From: Thermodesulfovibrionales bacterium
GTDB lineage: Bacteria > Nitrospirota > Thermodesulfovibrionia > Thermodesulfovibrionales > SM23-35
DNA length: 64,000 bases
Assembly (NCBI GenBank): GCA_963715195.1
Contig: CAVQRT010000007.1
Span: 128,001-192,000 of the forward strand
Direction of reading: 5' to 3'
Shown here: one piece after another, positions 9,634 to 19,644 of the stretch
Position numbering within the stretch: the stretch's first letter is position 1
How the letters are laid out: each line of letters starts with the position of its first letter
Program-made: the position numbers and the translations under genes
The notes under the pieces: model-generated
Databases searched by the model: none
Told to the model about the DNA's origin: nothing
Seen by the model: the letters and a program-made list of their open reading frames with translations, nothing else

Positions 9634-10908
9634 CTATGGTTTTCCTGTGGAATGAATTATAAAAATTGCAGCTATTATGAAAAAGAGTATAAGGAATTGT
9701 TGGAGGAGGCTACCCTTTTTGCTTTCTTCTCCAACAGTGAAAGCCCTTTCGCGTGTTATTGTTCCTCGGAGTGTCTTTTTAAAATGCTTCTTCAGTCTAA
9801 TACGGTTCAGGTATGTAAAAGGTGATTTCGAAACTTTTGCCTTGCCTGTCATCGCATTTTCAGGCTCGAAAAGCAGATCAAGAATATGAGTTGTGGGCAT
9901 AGAAGATCCCAAAGAATTAACACACCCTGCACAATAGGTGAGGACTCTATTGTTGCCGTCTGCTTCACTCCTTCTTAAGTGACTCCAGTTCTTGGCGAGT
10001 TCAGGGTTAAGATATCCAACGGAGCCACCCTCACCACAGCAAAGCGTTTTCATTCGACTGTGAGGCATTTCTTTTAAGGTTAGGCCTTTCGCACCCACTA
10101 AATCCCGTATTGCATCATGTACAGGTTTTTCGAACCGTGATGCGCAGGAATCGTGAATAGTTACAGTACCCTCCAGCCTGCCAGTTTCGGGCAAGGCAGT
10201 CTCAATTATCATTTCATATACTGTTTTCACTGTCAGTTCATTACCATAACGCTTGAACACTTTAAAGCAACTCGGACAGGCAACAATAATCTGACGAATC
10301 CCGTTGCTTAAAAGAAATGCCTTCATCTCATCAAACATTCGTTGAAAGTAACCTGCTCTGCCCAGATCATGAGATGGTAGTGTGCAACAGTCGAGGACAA
10401 TTCCCAGCTTTGGAATATTGCTGCTCAAATGCTCGTAAACTTCGATAACTTTTTGAGGATGTGTTCCCGAAAGAGCACACCCGGGGAAAAAAATTGTATC
10501 GCATCCGTGAGGTAGAGAATAAAAAGTGTATTTTTTTGAAATACCGCGCTTTTCGTACCGCAAAATAGTAGCATGCTCCGGATAATAACCGATCCCCCTT
10601 CTCACCGTTTCCCGTCGCATATCCAAAAACATCTCTGTAGGATTGATCTTTACGGGACATACTGCAGCGCACAGCTGGCAGAGGCTGCATTCGAATGGCA
10701 TACCCTGATACAGCTTATCATTCGGATCATATAAATCTGCTATATCTTTTGGTTTCCCGTATTTCCTGAGGAATGCACACTCCTTCTGGCAGAGCTTGCA
10801 TTTTATACATTTCTCGGACATGATCAGAATCTGCTCTCTGAGATTCTCTTCCACATCGAGAGTCGATACATCCCTTACCTGAATTTCACGTTTATCCATC
10901 ACTTCCAT
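9634..10908 (-). CDS. Fe-S binding oxidoreductase, HdrD/GlpC-like (2x[4Fe-4S] plus two CCG domains)
   Basis: CxxCxxCxxxC twice, FFPGC, ACPSC, HDSC, CCGEGG and YCAGC; one C-terminal hydrophobic helix. Confidence 0.88.
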   Translation of the reverse strand: MEVMDKREIQVRDVSTLDVEENLREQILIMSEKCIKCKLCQKECAFLRKYGKPKDIADLYDPNDKLYQGMPFECSLCQLCAAVCPVKINPTEMFLDMRRETVRRGIGYYPEHATILRYEKRGISKKYTFYSLPHGCDTIFFPGCALSGTHPQKVIEVYEHLSSNIPKLGIVLDCCTLPSHDLGRAGYFQRMFDEMKAFLLSNGIRQIIVACPSCFKVFKRYGNELTVKTVYEMIIETALPETGRLEGTVTIHDSCASRFEKPVHDAIRDLVGAKGLTLKEMPHSRMKTLCCGEGGSVGYLNPELAKNWSHLRRSEADGNNRVLTYCAGCVNSLGSSMPTTHILDLLFEPENAMTGKAKVSKSPFTYLNRIRLKKHFKKTLRGTITRERAFTVGEESKKGSLLQQFLILFFIIAAIFIIHSTGKP

Positions 10909-11065
10909 TTAAACGCATCTGCTCCAGGATATCCAATTCATATTTGTTATACCAGCAGAGGAATCAATAGACATTATCAATGCTGAAAAACGAAGATGAT
11001 CGAGTGAAATATCAATTCGTAGCTGAGGACAATTACATAGAAGATCAAAAATAAGGTAACATTGC

Positions 11066-11101
11066 TGTCATTCCCGCAAGCGAAGAACGTCCGGAATGAC
11101 A
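11066..11101. repeat. REP-like palindromic element
   Basis: TGTCATTCC...GGAATGACA 9-bp terminal inverted repeat in intergenic DNA. Confidence 0.5.
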
Positions 11102-11139
11102 AAGGTTTTCATACATATGAACCTGTAAGCAACTTATTA

Positions 11140-12411
11140 TTATTCGGAGGAAAGGACTTCTTGGTAGACCGTTCGTATTTTACTGTAAATGCCCTGCCAG
11201 TTCATAGACTCTATGCAAGGGATAACTTCATTTTCCCAGTTGGGTTCCTGAGCAGTGCAACGGTAAAGCTGCCTGTTAATGGCAGTCACGAGGTTATGCA
11301 CAAACGGCGGAAGGGATGATGGATCAGGTACATCAGGGCCCATCAACTGCGGCATCGGAACCAATTCCACGATCCCCTCATTGGTGAGCCTTTCCGGCAG
11401 CCAATGATTTATTCCGGGAAGATTTGTCACGACAACCCTGCAACCGCAGGCGATTGCCTCAAGAACAACAAGGGGAAGGCCCTCATATAATGATGGAAGC
11501 ACAAAGACATCGGCATCCTGAAAGATGGAAGCGAGATCTTCCTGCGGTTTCTGACCGAGAAATTCCACAATATCCCGAAATCTGAAAGCTTTTTCACGAA
11601 TTAATTCAGCTTCATCCCCTGCTCCGGAGCCGACAATACGGAGACGAATATGTTTCCCCGAAGGATGCTCCAAATGTTCTGCTGATTCAATAAGCCATGG
11701 TAATCCTTTTGCAAAACTCAGCTTCCCGGCATATACAATCGTAAGCGTATCTTTTTGGCTACGGCTGCAAGTCATGGATAGAGGAGGACAGAAAATATCA
11801 TTTCGGAAACCTGCACCGATGAGTTTTATGCAAGAAAGGTCAATCCCGTAAAGTTCGTGTATCCTTACCATATGATTCTCGTGGAGAGCCATAACCCTAT
11901 CGACATATGAACACGCAGGAATGACAAATTCTCTGAATACAGGTGCCAAATCCAGTTGTCTTATCTCAGTCCCGTGGCAGGTTGTCACCAGGGGGATATC
12001 TGTGAAGAGCAATCTTGTTAAGGCAGTTGCCAGCCAGAGGTGATGCGTGTGGATTACATGGGGACGAAAATCCCTTACGTTTTTCTTTAGAATGGATGCA
12101 AAGGCATAAAGATATGCGTCAAGCATTTCAGGGGTAAAGTCCGAAAATTTCGTACTCTGATACGGCATGACATCACTCATGCCAGCCACAGGGTAGGGGA
12201 GGTCAGGATCACAGAATCTGACGCATGTTATGCAGGATGTGTCGAGAGATGTCATTTCGGGTTTTGCAGAATCTGACGGGATACCGACAATTATTTTTTG
12301 CTGAAGACCGTCTCTCGCGCCCTGCTGAACTAATGCCTGCAGATAGACACCGCTCCCTGTTTTGCCAGGTTGCTGGGAGAGGAGATGGAGAATCCGCATC
12401 GGGCCATTCAT
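11140..12411 (-). CDS. Glycosyltransferase family 4 (GT-B)
   Basis: HTHHLW, YAGKLSFAKG and PSLYEGLPLVVLEA (E-x7-E); start placed after AAGGAG. Confidence 0.88.
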   Translation of the reverse strand: MNGPMRILHLLSQQPGKTGSGVYLQALVQQGARDGLQQKIIVGIPSDSAKPEMTSLDTSCITCVRFCDPDLPYPVAGMSDVMPYQSTKFSDFTPEMLDAYLYAFASILKKNVRDFRPHVIHTHHLWLATALTRLLFTDIPLVTTCHGTEIRQLDLAPVFREFVIPACSYVDRVMALHENHMVRIHELYGIDLSCIKLIGAGFRNDIFCPPLSMTCSRSQKDTLTIVYAGKLSFAKGLPWLIESAEHLEHPSGKHIRLRIVGSGAGDEAELIREKAFRFRDIVEFLGQKPQEDLASIFQDADVFVLPSLYEGLPLVVLEAIACGCRVVVTNLPGINHWLPERLTNEGIVELVPMPQLMGPDVPDPSSLPPFVHNLVTAINRQLYRCTAQEPNWENEVIPCIESMNWQGIYSKIRTVYQEVLSSE

Positions 12412-12628
12412 TTTCACGTGTCTCCTTAATCTGACCGGTTGATGATATTTCAGCAGTTGCCAGGAAAGAGATCCATTAACCGGCCATTCAGGAGTTATGC
12501 GCAGGTGTGGTTCCATAGGATTTAAAATGTAAGCATACCATACTACATAATACAAATATGATTTTTCATATTTCACATCGACTTCTCTTTGCATGGATTC
12601 AGATAAACATTACTGTTACAATAAGGAC

Positions 12629-13099
12629 ATGTTTCATCTCGATATCCCAGGATATGGTCATTTGGACCTTGAATATTTTGTCACTGATTATTCCGGTACG
12701 CTTTCTGAGGATGGTTCTCTTCTCGCTGGGATAAAAGAAAAGCTGAATGACCTTTCTGAAAAATTGCACATCCATGTATTAACCTCCGACACATTCGGAA
12801 AGGCTAAAGATGAGCTAATAGGAATTCAATGCACGCTTCATGTTCTCGGGGGGAATGATCATACAAAGCAGAAGGAAAAATATGTCGTAGAGCTTGGAGC
12901 AGATAAAGTAGTTGCTTTCGGCAACGGCAATAATGATGTGGGAATGCTGAAAGCGGCAAGAGTCGGGATAGCTGTATGTCTCAAAGAAGGATGTTCTTCA
13001 GAATCCATCAAGGCATCTGAAATTCTCGTCAGATCTCCCATTGATGCAATTGATCTCTTTCTCTTCCCGAAGAGACTTATTGCTACCCTGAGAAGATAG
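12629..13099 (+). CDS. HAD-superfamily hydrolase (soluble P-type ATPase-like)
   Basis: DYSGTL motif I, LTSDTFG and GNGNND motif IV. Confidence 0.85.
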   Translation: MFHLDIPGYGHLDLEYFVTDYSGTLSEDGSLLAGIKEKLNDLSEKLHIHVLTSDTFGKAKDELIGIQCTLHVLGGNDHTKQKEKYVVELGADKVVAFGNGNNDVGMLKAARVGIAVCLKEGCSSESIKASEILVRSPIDAIDLFLFPKRLIATLRR

Positions 13100-13120
13100 T
13101 CAGAAGATCATTCCCCCGGA

Positions 13121-14041
13121 TCATTTTCGTTGCAGAACCAAGGCAGCTTGCCAAAAATGATTAGGATCATCGATATAGGTATGAATCGTAAAAAAAGGAG
13201 ACCATTCACGTTCGATAAAGGAAAGCGGAACAATAGCATCTCCGTAGGTTCGGCCAATATGTTCACCACAGGTTGGCAGAAAAGCAATCTCGCCTGCATC
13301 GTATTTCTGGTATAACGCCTCAGATTGTTCAGAATATTGAGAGAGTAACCTGTACCATTCGGACTTTGTATCAGGTGGAATGGTGGTAATGAAATCAATG
13401 AACCGTCTCGGCTCAAGCGTGAGGCAGAATACACTTCCAGGCTTTGAAACTCGTGCAAGTTCGTGCATCCAGTGGAGATTCACACTTTCCGGAAGATGTG
13501 TGAAGACAGAATAGGCTATGATGAAGTCAAAATACGCATCCCGATAGGGAAGTCTTTCTTCGGGAGCTATGAGAGAGAGATTCCCCGGAACGTTTGTTTT
13601 TCGACAGACATCAAGGATTATTGAATTTACATCACAGCCAAACAGTCTATTCACGTTGACATCCTTCCAGAAAAACCGTAAAAACCGACCCCAACCACAT
13701 CCGAAGTCAAGTACCCGACTCTTTCGTTGAAGGGGCATATTCAATAACGCCGCCTGTTGCTTCATAAATGAATAAAAAACGAATGCCTCCTTTAGTGCAT
13801 GCTCATAGTCCGACCCGACAAATCTCACCTGGAGTTCAGGCGGTGGGAATCCCGGGAACTCGATGGTATCGATATTTTTTAAAGATATGCTTCTTATCAG
13901 CAGATCAAGCCAGTCCTCGTCGCAGAGGTTTCTGATATGTTCCGGAAGACGCCTTTTCCTCACCTCTAAAACCTTCTTCGTTTCACGAAAAAGGTTCTTC
14001 ACGTGGTTAAGCATGCATATATAGTAATCGATTGGCGACAA
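13121..14041 (-). CDS. Class I SAM-dependent methyltransferase (start uncertain)
   Basis: VLDFGCGWGR, FDFIIAYSVFTHL and RVSKPG. Confidence 0.88.
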   Translation of the reverse strand: MSPIDYYICMLNHVKNLFRETKKVLEVRKRRLPEHIRNLCDEDWLDLLIRSISLKNIDTIEFPGFPPPELQVRFVGSDYEHALKEAFVFYSFMKQQAALLNMPLQRKSRVLDFGCGWGRFLRFFWKDVNVNRLFGCDVNSIILDVCRKTNVPGNLSLIAPEERLPYRDAYFDFIIAYSVFTHLPESVNLHWMHELARVSKPGSVFCLTLEPRRFIDFITTIPPDTKSEWYRLLSQYSEQSEALYQKYDAGEIAFLPTCGEHIGRTYGDAIVPLSFIEREWSPFFTIHTYIDDPNHFWQAALVLQRK

Positions 14042-14152
14042 AAACTGCAGGCGATTGAGGGAAAAATATCTAAGGCATTATGAGTTGAGTTCATGCATCG
14101 GTGAGAGTGTGATTTCGCCCAACACCCTCACCGAAAAAAGGGTAATAATTTT

Positions 14153-14665
14153 CTATTTGACTTTTTCTACGGGATAATCAGCTTCATTCCAGGCTTTGAT
14201 ACCACCTGGATACCGGTATACATTATTGTAACCGAGCTTCACGGCCCACATTGCACCGTTGTGACTCCGTGTGCATTTTACGAAGCCGCAATAAATGACT
14301 ATCGGAATTTCTTTATCGGGACCAAGCAACTTTAAAAAAGCTTCTTTGGTTTTTTCATCGAGGTTTGTCAACTCCGGAATCGGAAACTCGAATTGCACAG
14401 CACCCGGGATATGCTCTTTCTTATAACTGTCTTCGTATGGCATCGTATCAACGATAAGCATGTTCTTCTTCTCGTCAATCCACTTCTTCAGTTCGTCGGT
14501 TGATACAATCTTATAGCCTCCGCGTATGACTTCATTGGCAAATTTGACGGCAGACGCTTCTGTTTCGAGCTCTTTGCTTCCCCATGCTCCAAAACTGTTT
14601 ACAGAAACAGACAAGAGAAACATGCTACAGAAAACCAATGCGGTAAATACCCTTGCTCCCTTCAT
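14153..14665 (-). CDS. Exported rhodanese-like domain protein
   Basis: Signal peptide, HIPGA, YCGFVKCTRS loop and YPGGIKAW. Confidence 0.9.
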   Translation of the reverse strand: MKGARVFTALVFCSMFLLSVSVNSFGAWGSKELETEASAVKFANEVIRGGYKIVSTDELKKWIDEKKNMLIVDTMPYEDSYKKEHIPGAVQFEFPIPELTNLDEKTKEAFLKLLGPDKEIPIVIYCGFVKCTRSHNGAMWAVKLGYNNVYRYPGGIKAWNEADYPVEKVK

Positions 14666-14678
14666 GCTTACTACCTCC

Positions 14679-15158
14679 TTAAAGTAAATTGATAAGCCAC
14701 GAACGCGGGCTCATTGTGCGATCTGATCGGATATATCTGTGCAGATATATGAAAAATACTGCCCCCATCATCAATAAATCGCGGTAGAAGGCTCTCTTGA
14801 GACTGTCGTGGCCTGCGATCTCTTCAGGGGTGAAACAGCCGCAGCCTATACTCAGATCTTTCAGGATGCCATACCAGAGAACAAATACAAACAGAACGAG
14901 CATGCTGAATATTACGGTTAGACTGCCGCGGATGTTGAAAATAAGTCCTAACCCAGCAAGAAGCTCCATCAGGGGTAACCCGACAGCAACAGGCGCCAGG
15001 AAGGCTTCTGGTATAAGGTCATACTGGGAAATCACCTTTGCAAATGATTTAGGATCCATAATTTTCAGGGATCCCGCGTAGACAAATATACCACCAATCA
15101 TTAATCTTAAAAGAAGGTTGAACCAGGGAGAATGAATGATCTGTTTCAATGAACCCAT
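14679..15158 (-). CDS. MauE/DoxX family redox-associated membrane protein
   Basis: LRLxIGGIFVYAGxLK, ELLAG, CGCF and RD motifs; four TM segments. Confidence 0.88.
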   Translation of the reverse strand: MGSLKQIIHSPWFNLLLRLMIGGIFVYAGSLKIMDPKSFAKVISQYDLIPEAFLAPVAVGLPLMELLAGLGLIFNIRGSLTVIFSMLVLFVFVLWYGILKDLSIGCGCFTPEEIAGHDSLKRAFYRDLLMMGAVFFIYLHRYIRSDRTMSPRSWLINLL

Positions 15159-15353
15159 GTTATTCCTTATTGACCTCTGCAGAAAATAAAGTTATTAATC
15201 AATCGATAGTAAATTATTGAACAAAGAAAGGTTCATATTCCAATAGTTAATATTGATAGATCTACGCTCATTCATAGATATTTTGAACTGGTGGAAAATT
15301 GTCCGTAAAAAAGATATAATTAAGTATAAGTTTGATAAACGTGGAGGAATACA

Positions 15354-15647
15354 ATGTGCCTTGGCATCCCATCAAAAATAATCAGTATTGAAGACTCAAG
15401 GGCAAAAATAGATGTATACGGAGCCCAGCGCGATATAAGCCTCATGCTTTTGGAAGACCAGGTAAATGTTGGTGATTATGTAATCGTTCACGCAGGATTT
15501 GCCATCCAGAAACTCCAGGAGGATGTGGCAAAAGAGACCCTCGGATACTTCGATCAATACTTGCAGGCATTGGCAGTGGAAGAGGGGATGATTGAGCAGC
15601 CTGTCAAGAAGACAAAGGCAAAAACAAAAGCAAAAAAGAAACAATAG
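15354..15647 (+). CDS. hypC: Hydrogenase maturation chaperone HypC/HupF family
   Basis: MCLGIP N-terminus and VGDYVIVHAGFAI; GGAGG RBS. Confidence 0.92.
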   Translation: MCLGIPSKIISIEDSRAKIDVYGAQRDISLMLLEDQVNVGDYVIVHAGFAIQKLQEDVAKETLGYFDQYLQALAVEEGMIEQPVKKTKAKTKAKKKQ

Positions 15648-15795
15648 CCTTTATTTCATATCCCAGTAATCCTTTTTCCCATTTTTCATTACCGTTCATG
15701 CTGGTTTGCATCCTGCCTGCTTGTTTCAGCGCAACTCTTTATGGTAATCTCCCTACAGTGCACTGATATCAATCACTCTTAAAAGGACTCATTGC

Positions 15796-16347
15796 ATGGT
15801 AAAAAATGACCGCTGGATAAGATCAATGGCAGGAAAAGGCATGATACAGCCCTTCAACAGGAGGGGAATAAAAAAGGGTGTTATATCCTACGGGATAAGC
15901 TCATATGGCTACGACATGAGAATTGCGGATGAGTTTAAAATATTTATCCCGGTGGGTGAGCCGGTAGTTGATCCAAAGAATTTCGATGCGAAAAGCCTCG
16001 CGGATTTCAAAGGTGACAGATGTATCGTCCCGCCTCATTCTTTTGTCCTCGGCAGGTCTCTCGAATACTTCAGAATACCAAGAGATATCCTTGTCATATG
16101 CCTTGGAAAATCAACTTATGCCCGCTGTGGTATCGTCATTAACGTCACCCCGCTTGAGCCTGAATGGGAGGGACATGTCACCATAGAGATTTCGAATACA
16201 GGACCCCTTCCGGTGCGCCTTTATGCCAATGAGGGAATTGGACAGCTCATTTTTCTCCAGGCATCCGAAACGTGTGAAAGATCGTATGCTGATAAGAAAG
16301 GGAAATATCAGGCTCAGAAGAGTATTACCCTGGCAAAAGTTCAATGA
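15796..16347 (+). CDS. dcd: dCTP deaminase
   Basis: [15 protein letters not shown] and TPLEPEWEG. Confidence 0.95.
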   Translation: MVKNDRWIRSMAGKGMIQPFNRRGIKKGVISYGISSYGYDMRIADEFKIFIPVGEPVVDPKNFDAKSLADFKGDRCIVPPHSFVLGRSLEYFRIPRDILVICLGKSTYARCGIVINVTPLEPEWEGHVTIEISNTGPLPVRLYANEGIGQLIFLQASETCERSYADKKGKYQAQKSITLAKVQ

Positions 16348-17072
16348 GTTCTGTTTCAGCAACCGAACGATTAATACTCGCCCTCGATACCCCGGAACAT
16401 GATTATGCTCTAGAAATAGTAGATAAATACGGTAGTTTTATTAATATATTTAAAGTAGGACATGAACTGTTTACCTCTTGTGGACCAGGGATTGTCGAGG
16501 ATATTCATAAACGCGGCAAGAGGGTGTTCCTCGACCTCAAGTACCATGATATTCCTCACACGGTCACCAATGCAGCTCTCGCTGCAACACGGCTTGGTGT
16601 TTATATGTTCAATCTTCATGCATCAGGTGGCCTTGAGATGATGAAGCAATGCATGGACTCTGTTGTAAAAGTATGCCTGAAAGAAAACAGAGAGCGCCCA
16701 AAAATTCTCGCGGTTACGGTACTCACGAGTCTGTCGCGGGAGATGCTCAGGGATGAAATGGGAATTCAGCATGGCCTCAGGACACACGTCAGACATCTGT
16801 CGGCGCTGGCGATGAAAGCGGGACTGGACGGAGTTATTGCTTCCGCACGGGAAGCTGAGATCATTAGAAATCATTGCGGAAAAGGGTTCCTTATCGTAAC
16901 CCCCGGCATACGGCCGTCGTGGACCCCGCCGGATGATCAGAGCAGAACTATGACCCCAAAGGAGGCCATACGGGGAGGTGCAGATTATCTTGTCATTGGG
17001 CGCGCTGTCCTTCACCAGCCCGATCCATTGAAGGCGCTTGAATTGATTACCCTCGAAATTCTCGCTGCATGA
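16344..17072 (+). CDS. pyrF: Orotidine-5'-phosphate decarboxylase
   Basis: [25 protein letters not shown] and VIGR. Confidence 0.96.
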   Translation: MSSVSATERLILALDTPEHDYALEIVDKYGSFINIFKVGHELFTSCGPGIVEDIHKRGKRVFLDLKYHDIPHTVTNAALAATRLGVYMFNLHASGGLEMMKQCMDSVVKVCLKENRERPKILAVTVLTSLSREMLRDEMGIQHGLRTHVRHLSALAMKAGLDGVIASAREAEIIRNHCGKGFLIVTPGIRPSWTPPDDQSRTMTPKEAIRGGADYLVIGRAVLHQPDPLKALELITLEILAA

Positions 17073-17093
17073 CCCCAGAAATAATGCTCAATC

Positions 17094-18614
17094 ATGGTAA
17101 CTCCCTCAAAGAGAATCTTTTTAGATATTATCCATGCCGGCGGCATACCACCCGTTTACGCTGAGATCCCCTTTCGATCTCCCCACGAAGCCTATCAATC
17201 CATTGCTTCCCGCGACAGCTTTCTCCTTGAGAGTGTAAAGGGTCCTGAAAAAATCGCGCGGTATTCCTTTATCGGGTTCGATCCCTGCCTCATATTCAAA
17301 ATCAAGAACGGTAATGCAGCGGTGGAAGGTTCATACAAGAAAACTATCCTTTCGAGGAAACCACTCTCCATTCTGAAAGCTCTGATGAGCCGGTATACAC
17401 AGGCACCGTATGATTTTCTTCCGCCATTCCAGGGCGGCATTGCCGGTATGATGAGTTATGATTTCGTACACTATTTTGAAAATCTTCCCATCAACACCAT
17501 AGATGATCTGCAGCTTCCCGATGCCCATTTTTTCATGATTGACAGACTCATTGCATTTGATCATGAAGAAAAACGAAGCTGGGTTATCGTTTGTCCAGGA
17601 TTACGGTTCTTGATGTCCCATGAAAACTCACAAGTCGTGCCCGACTGGTCAGTGGTCTATGACGAGGCAGATAATGCAGCAGGGGAGATCATGAAAAGAA
17701 TGATGTGCACGATACTGCAGGCGGGGAATGGTGTTCCCGCAGCGTCACAGTCTGGCATACGTTCAGACAAAAAAATAGAAGTTCACCATGAGATGACGAA
17801 ACAAGATTATACGGATATGGTGAAGAGGGCAAAAGCCTACATAACCGCCGGAGATATTTTTCAGGCAAATCTTTCACAGAGGGTCTCCGCAGGTATCATG
17901 CAGAAGAGTCCATGGAATCTTTACCGGATACTGAGATCCGTCAACCCGTCGCCATTCTCTGCATTCATCGATTTCGGCGATTACCAAATTGTGAGTTCAT
18001 CGCCGGAGAGGCTGTTGCGAATCAGGGGAAGCACTATCGAAACGCGACCTATTGCCGGTACAAGACCACGGGGAAAGAACAGGAAAGAGGACGCACTGAT
18101 GCGGAAAGAACTGCTCCTGAATGAGAAGGAGAGGGCCGAGCACATCATGCTGATAGATCTCGAACGGAATGACCTCGGGAGGGTTTCATCGTATGGAACT
18201 GTAGGGGTCGACGAATTCATGATTACCGAGGAGTATTCGCACGTTATCCATATTGTCTCGAACATAACCGGCAATCTTGCACACGGGAAATACTGTTTCG
18301 ACGCGATACGGGCGACATTCCCCGGGGGGACAATCACCGGCGTTCCGAAAGTGAGATGCATGGAGATTATCGATGAACTCGAACCGCTGAGGCGGGGACC
18401 TTACACAGGATCGATAGGATACCTTGGCTTCTCCGGCGCTCTTGATTTCAACATCATTATCCGCACATTCATCATAAAAAATGATTCTGCATATGTCCAG
18501 GCAGGCGCGGGAATTGTTGCTGATTCAGATCCTGACAGAGAATACGATGAAACGCTGAGAAAGGCGGAGGCGCTTGTGAAGACCCTGGAGCTGGTGCAGA
18601 TTACAGAAATCTGA
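17094..18614 (+). CDS. Chorismate-binding enzyme, PabB/TrpE component I
   Basis: LLESV, GDIFQANLS, SPERL, PIAGTR, EHIMLIDLERNDL and FPGGTITGVPK. Confidence 0.9.
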   Translation: MVTPSKRIFLDIIHAGGIPPVYAEIPFRSPHEAYQSIASRDSFLLESVKGPEKIARYSFIGFDPCLIFKIKNGNAAVEGSYKKTILSRKPLSILKALMSRYTQAPYDFLPPFQGGIAGMMSYDFVHYFENLPINTIDDLQLPDAHFFMIDRLIAFDHEEKRSWVIVCPGLRFLMSHENSQVVPDWSVVYDEADNAAGEIMKRMMCTILQAGNGVPAASQSGIRSDKKIEVHHEMTKQDYTDMVKRAKAYITAGDIFQANLSQRVSAGIMQKSPWNLYRILRSVNPSPFSAFIDFGDYQIVSSSPERLLRIRGSTIETRPIAGTRPRGKNRKEDALMRKELLLNEKERAEHIMLIDLERNDLGRVSSYGTVGVDEFMITEEYSHVIHIVSNITGNLAHGKYCFDAIRATFPGGTITGVPKVRCMEIIDELEPLRRGPYTGSIGYLGFSGALDFNIIIRTFIIKNDSAYVQAGAGIVADSDPDREYDETLRKAEALVKTLELVQITEI

Positions 18615-19641
18615 ACCAGCGCTTTTTCGTTTTTATGTTATTGAGAGAGATCGATACATCTTTGATTCTCGCCTGCATTTCCTTCTGATCCTTTTTGAGG
18701 TCCCTTACTTCAGACTGGACGCTGTGGATCATATTTTTCAGTTCCTTGAATGTCTGGGATAAATCATGGATGCTGCTGATGATCAGTTCGAGCTTCTCTT
18801 TCGGGATGACTTGTACTTCCCGTACATCTCGTGCAGAAACTTCCCGTGTGCGCAGTGATTCTTCGTTGACCGATGTTTGAGGGGCATTGCCAGCGCCCTC
18901 GGTTATACCGTAAGGAGATTTTTGACTGCCCAATGCGGTAGATTCAAAACCCGTTGGCTCAAATCCATGAACAGCTGCAACAGGTTTCGCGGATAAGGGC
19001 TTTTCATCAACAACCGCTTCCACGAGTTCTTCCGGAGGCTGAATGGTTATGTTGTGTTTTTCCGCAATACCTTTCATTACGAGATGGGTTATCCGCTGAA
19101 ATGTTTCTTCCACCCCGGTCCCGTTCACAGCAACTGCTTCCCTGAACTCGTACCGCCCCTGTTCATTCAAATCCCTGTTCAGCTCATCAACCGTGGCGAT
19201 ATTCGGGAGATCACGTTTGTTGAACTGGAGCATAATCGGAATTTCATCAGGGTTGATATTGTTTGCACTGAGGTTCTCACGCATATTCGCAATGCTTTCC
19301 AGATTCTGCTCTTTCATTTCATGCTGAGAATCCGCCACGAAAACCACTCCGTCGGCACCCTTCAGAACCAGTTTTCTTGTGGCATTGTATCTGACCTGCC
19401 CCGGAACGGTATACAACTGAAACCGTATAGAAAAATCATTGATCTTTCCGAATTCAACAGGCAGGAAATCAAAGAAGAGCGTACGGTCGGCTTCTGTTGC
19501 AAGGGAGATGAGTTTTCCACGTTTCGACGGATCAAAAAACGAGTGTAGGTGCTGGAGGTTAGTTGTTTTACCGCTCAATCCGGGCCCGTAATAGACGATC
19601 TTGATCGTAATTTCCTTCGATGCATAATTAAAAAGTGCCAT
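18601..19641 (-). CDS. MglA-like small GTPase with C-terminal extension
   Basis: KIVYYGPGLSGKTTN, DRTLFFD, YTVPGQ and NKRD, plus a ~150-aa tail. Confidence 0.88.
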   Translation of the reverse strand: MALFNYASKEITIKIVYYGPGLSGKTTNLQHLHSFFDPSKRGKLISLATEADRTLFFDFLPVEFGKINDFSIRFQLYTVPGQVRYNATRKLVLKGADGVVFVADSQHEMKEQNLESIANMRENLSANNINPDEIPIMLQFNKRDLPNIATVDELNRDLNEQGRYEFREAVAVNGTGVEETFQRITHLVMKGIAEKHNITIQPPEELVEAVVDEKPLSAKPVAAVHGFEPTGFESTALGSQKSPYGITEGAGNAPQTSVNEESLRTREVSARDVREVQVIPKEKLELIISSIHDLSQTFKELKNMIHSVQSEVRDLKKDQKEMQARIKDVSISLNNIKTKKRWFRFL

Positions 19642-19644
19642 GGG

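Noticed and set aside
12412..12594. N-terminal extensions in tracked ORFs (GT4; also DGC 21040-21183 and USP 38378-38539)
   Set aside because: Family similarity, RBS or translational coupling point to downstream starts.
14099..14140. Hairpin after the rhodanese gene as a terminator
   Set aside because: The stem is real, but no T-tract follows it on either strand.
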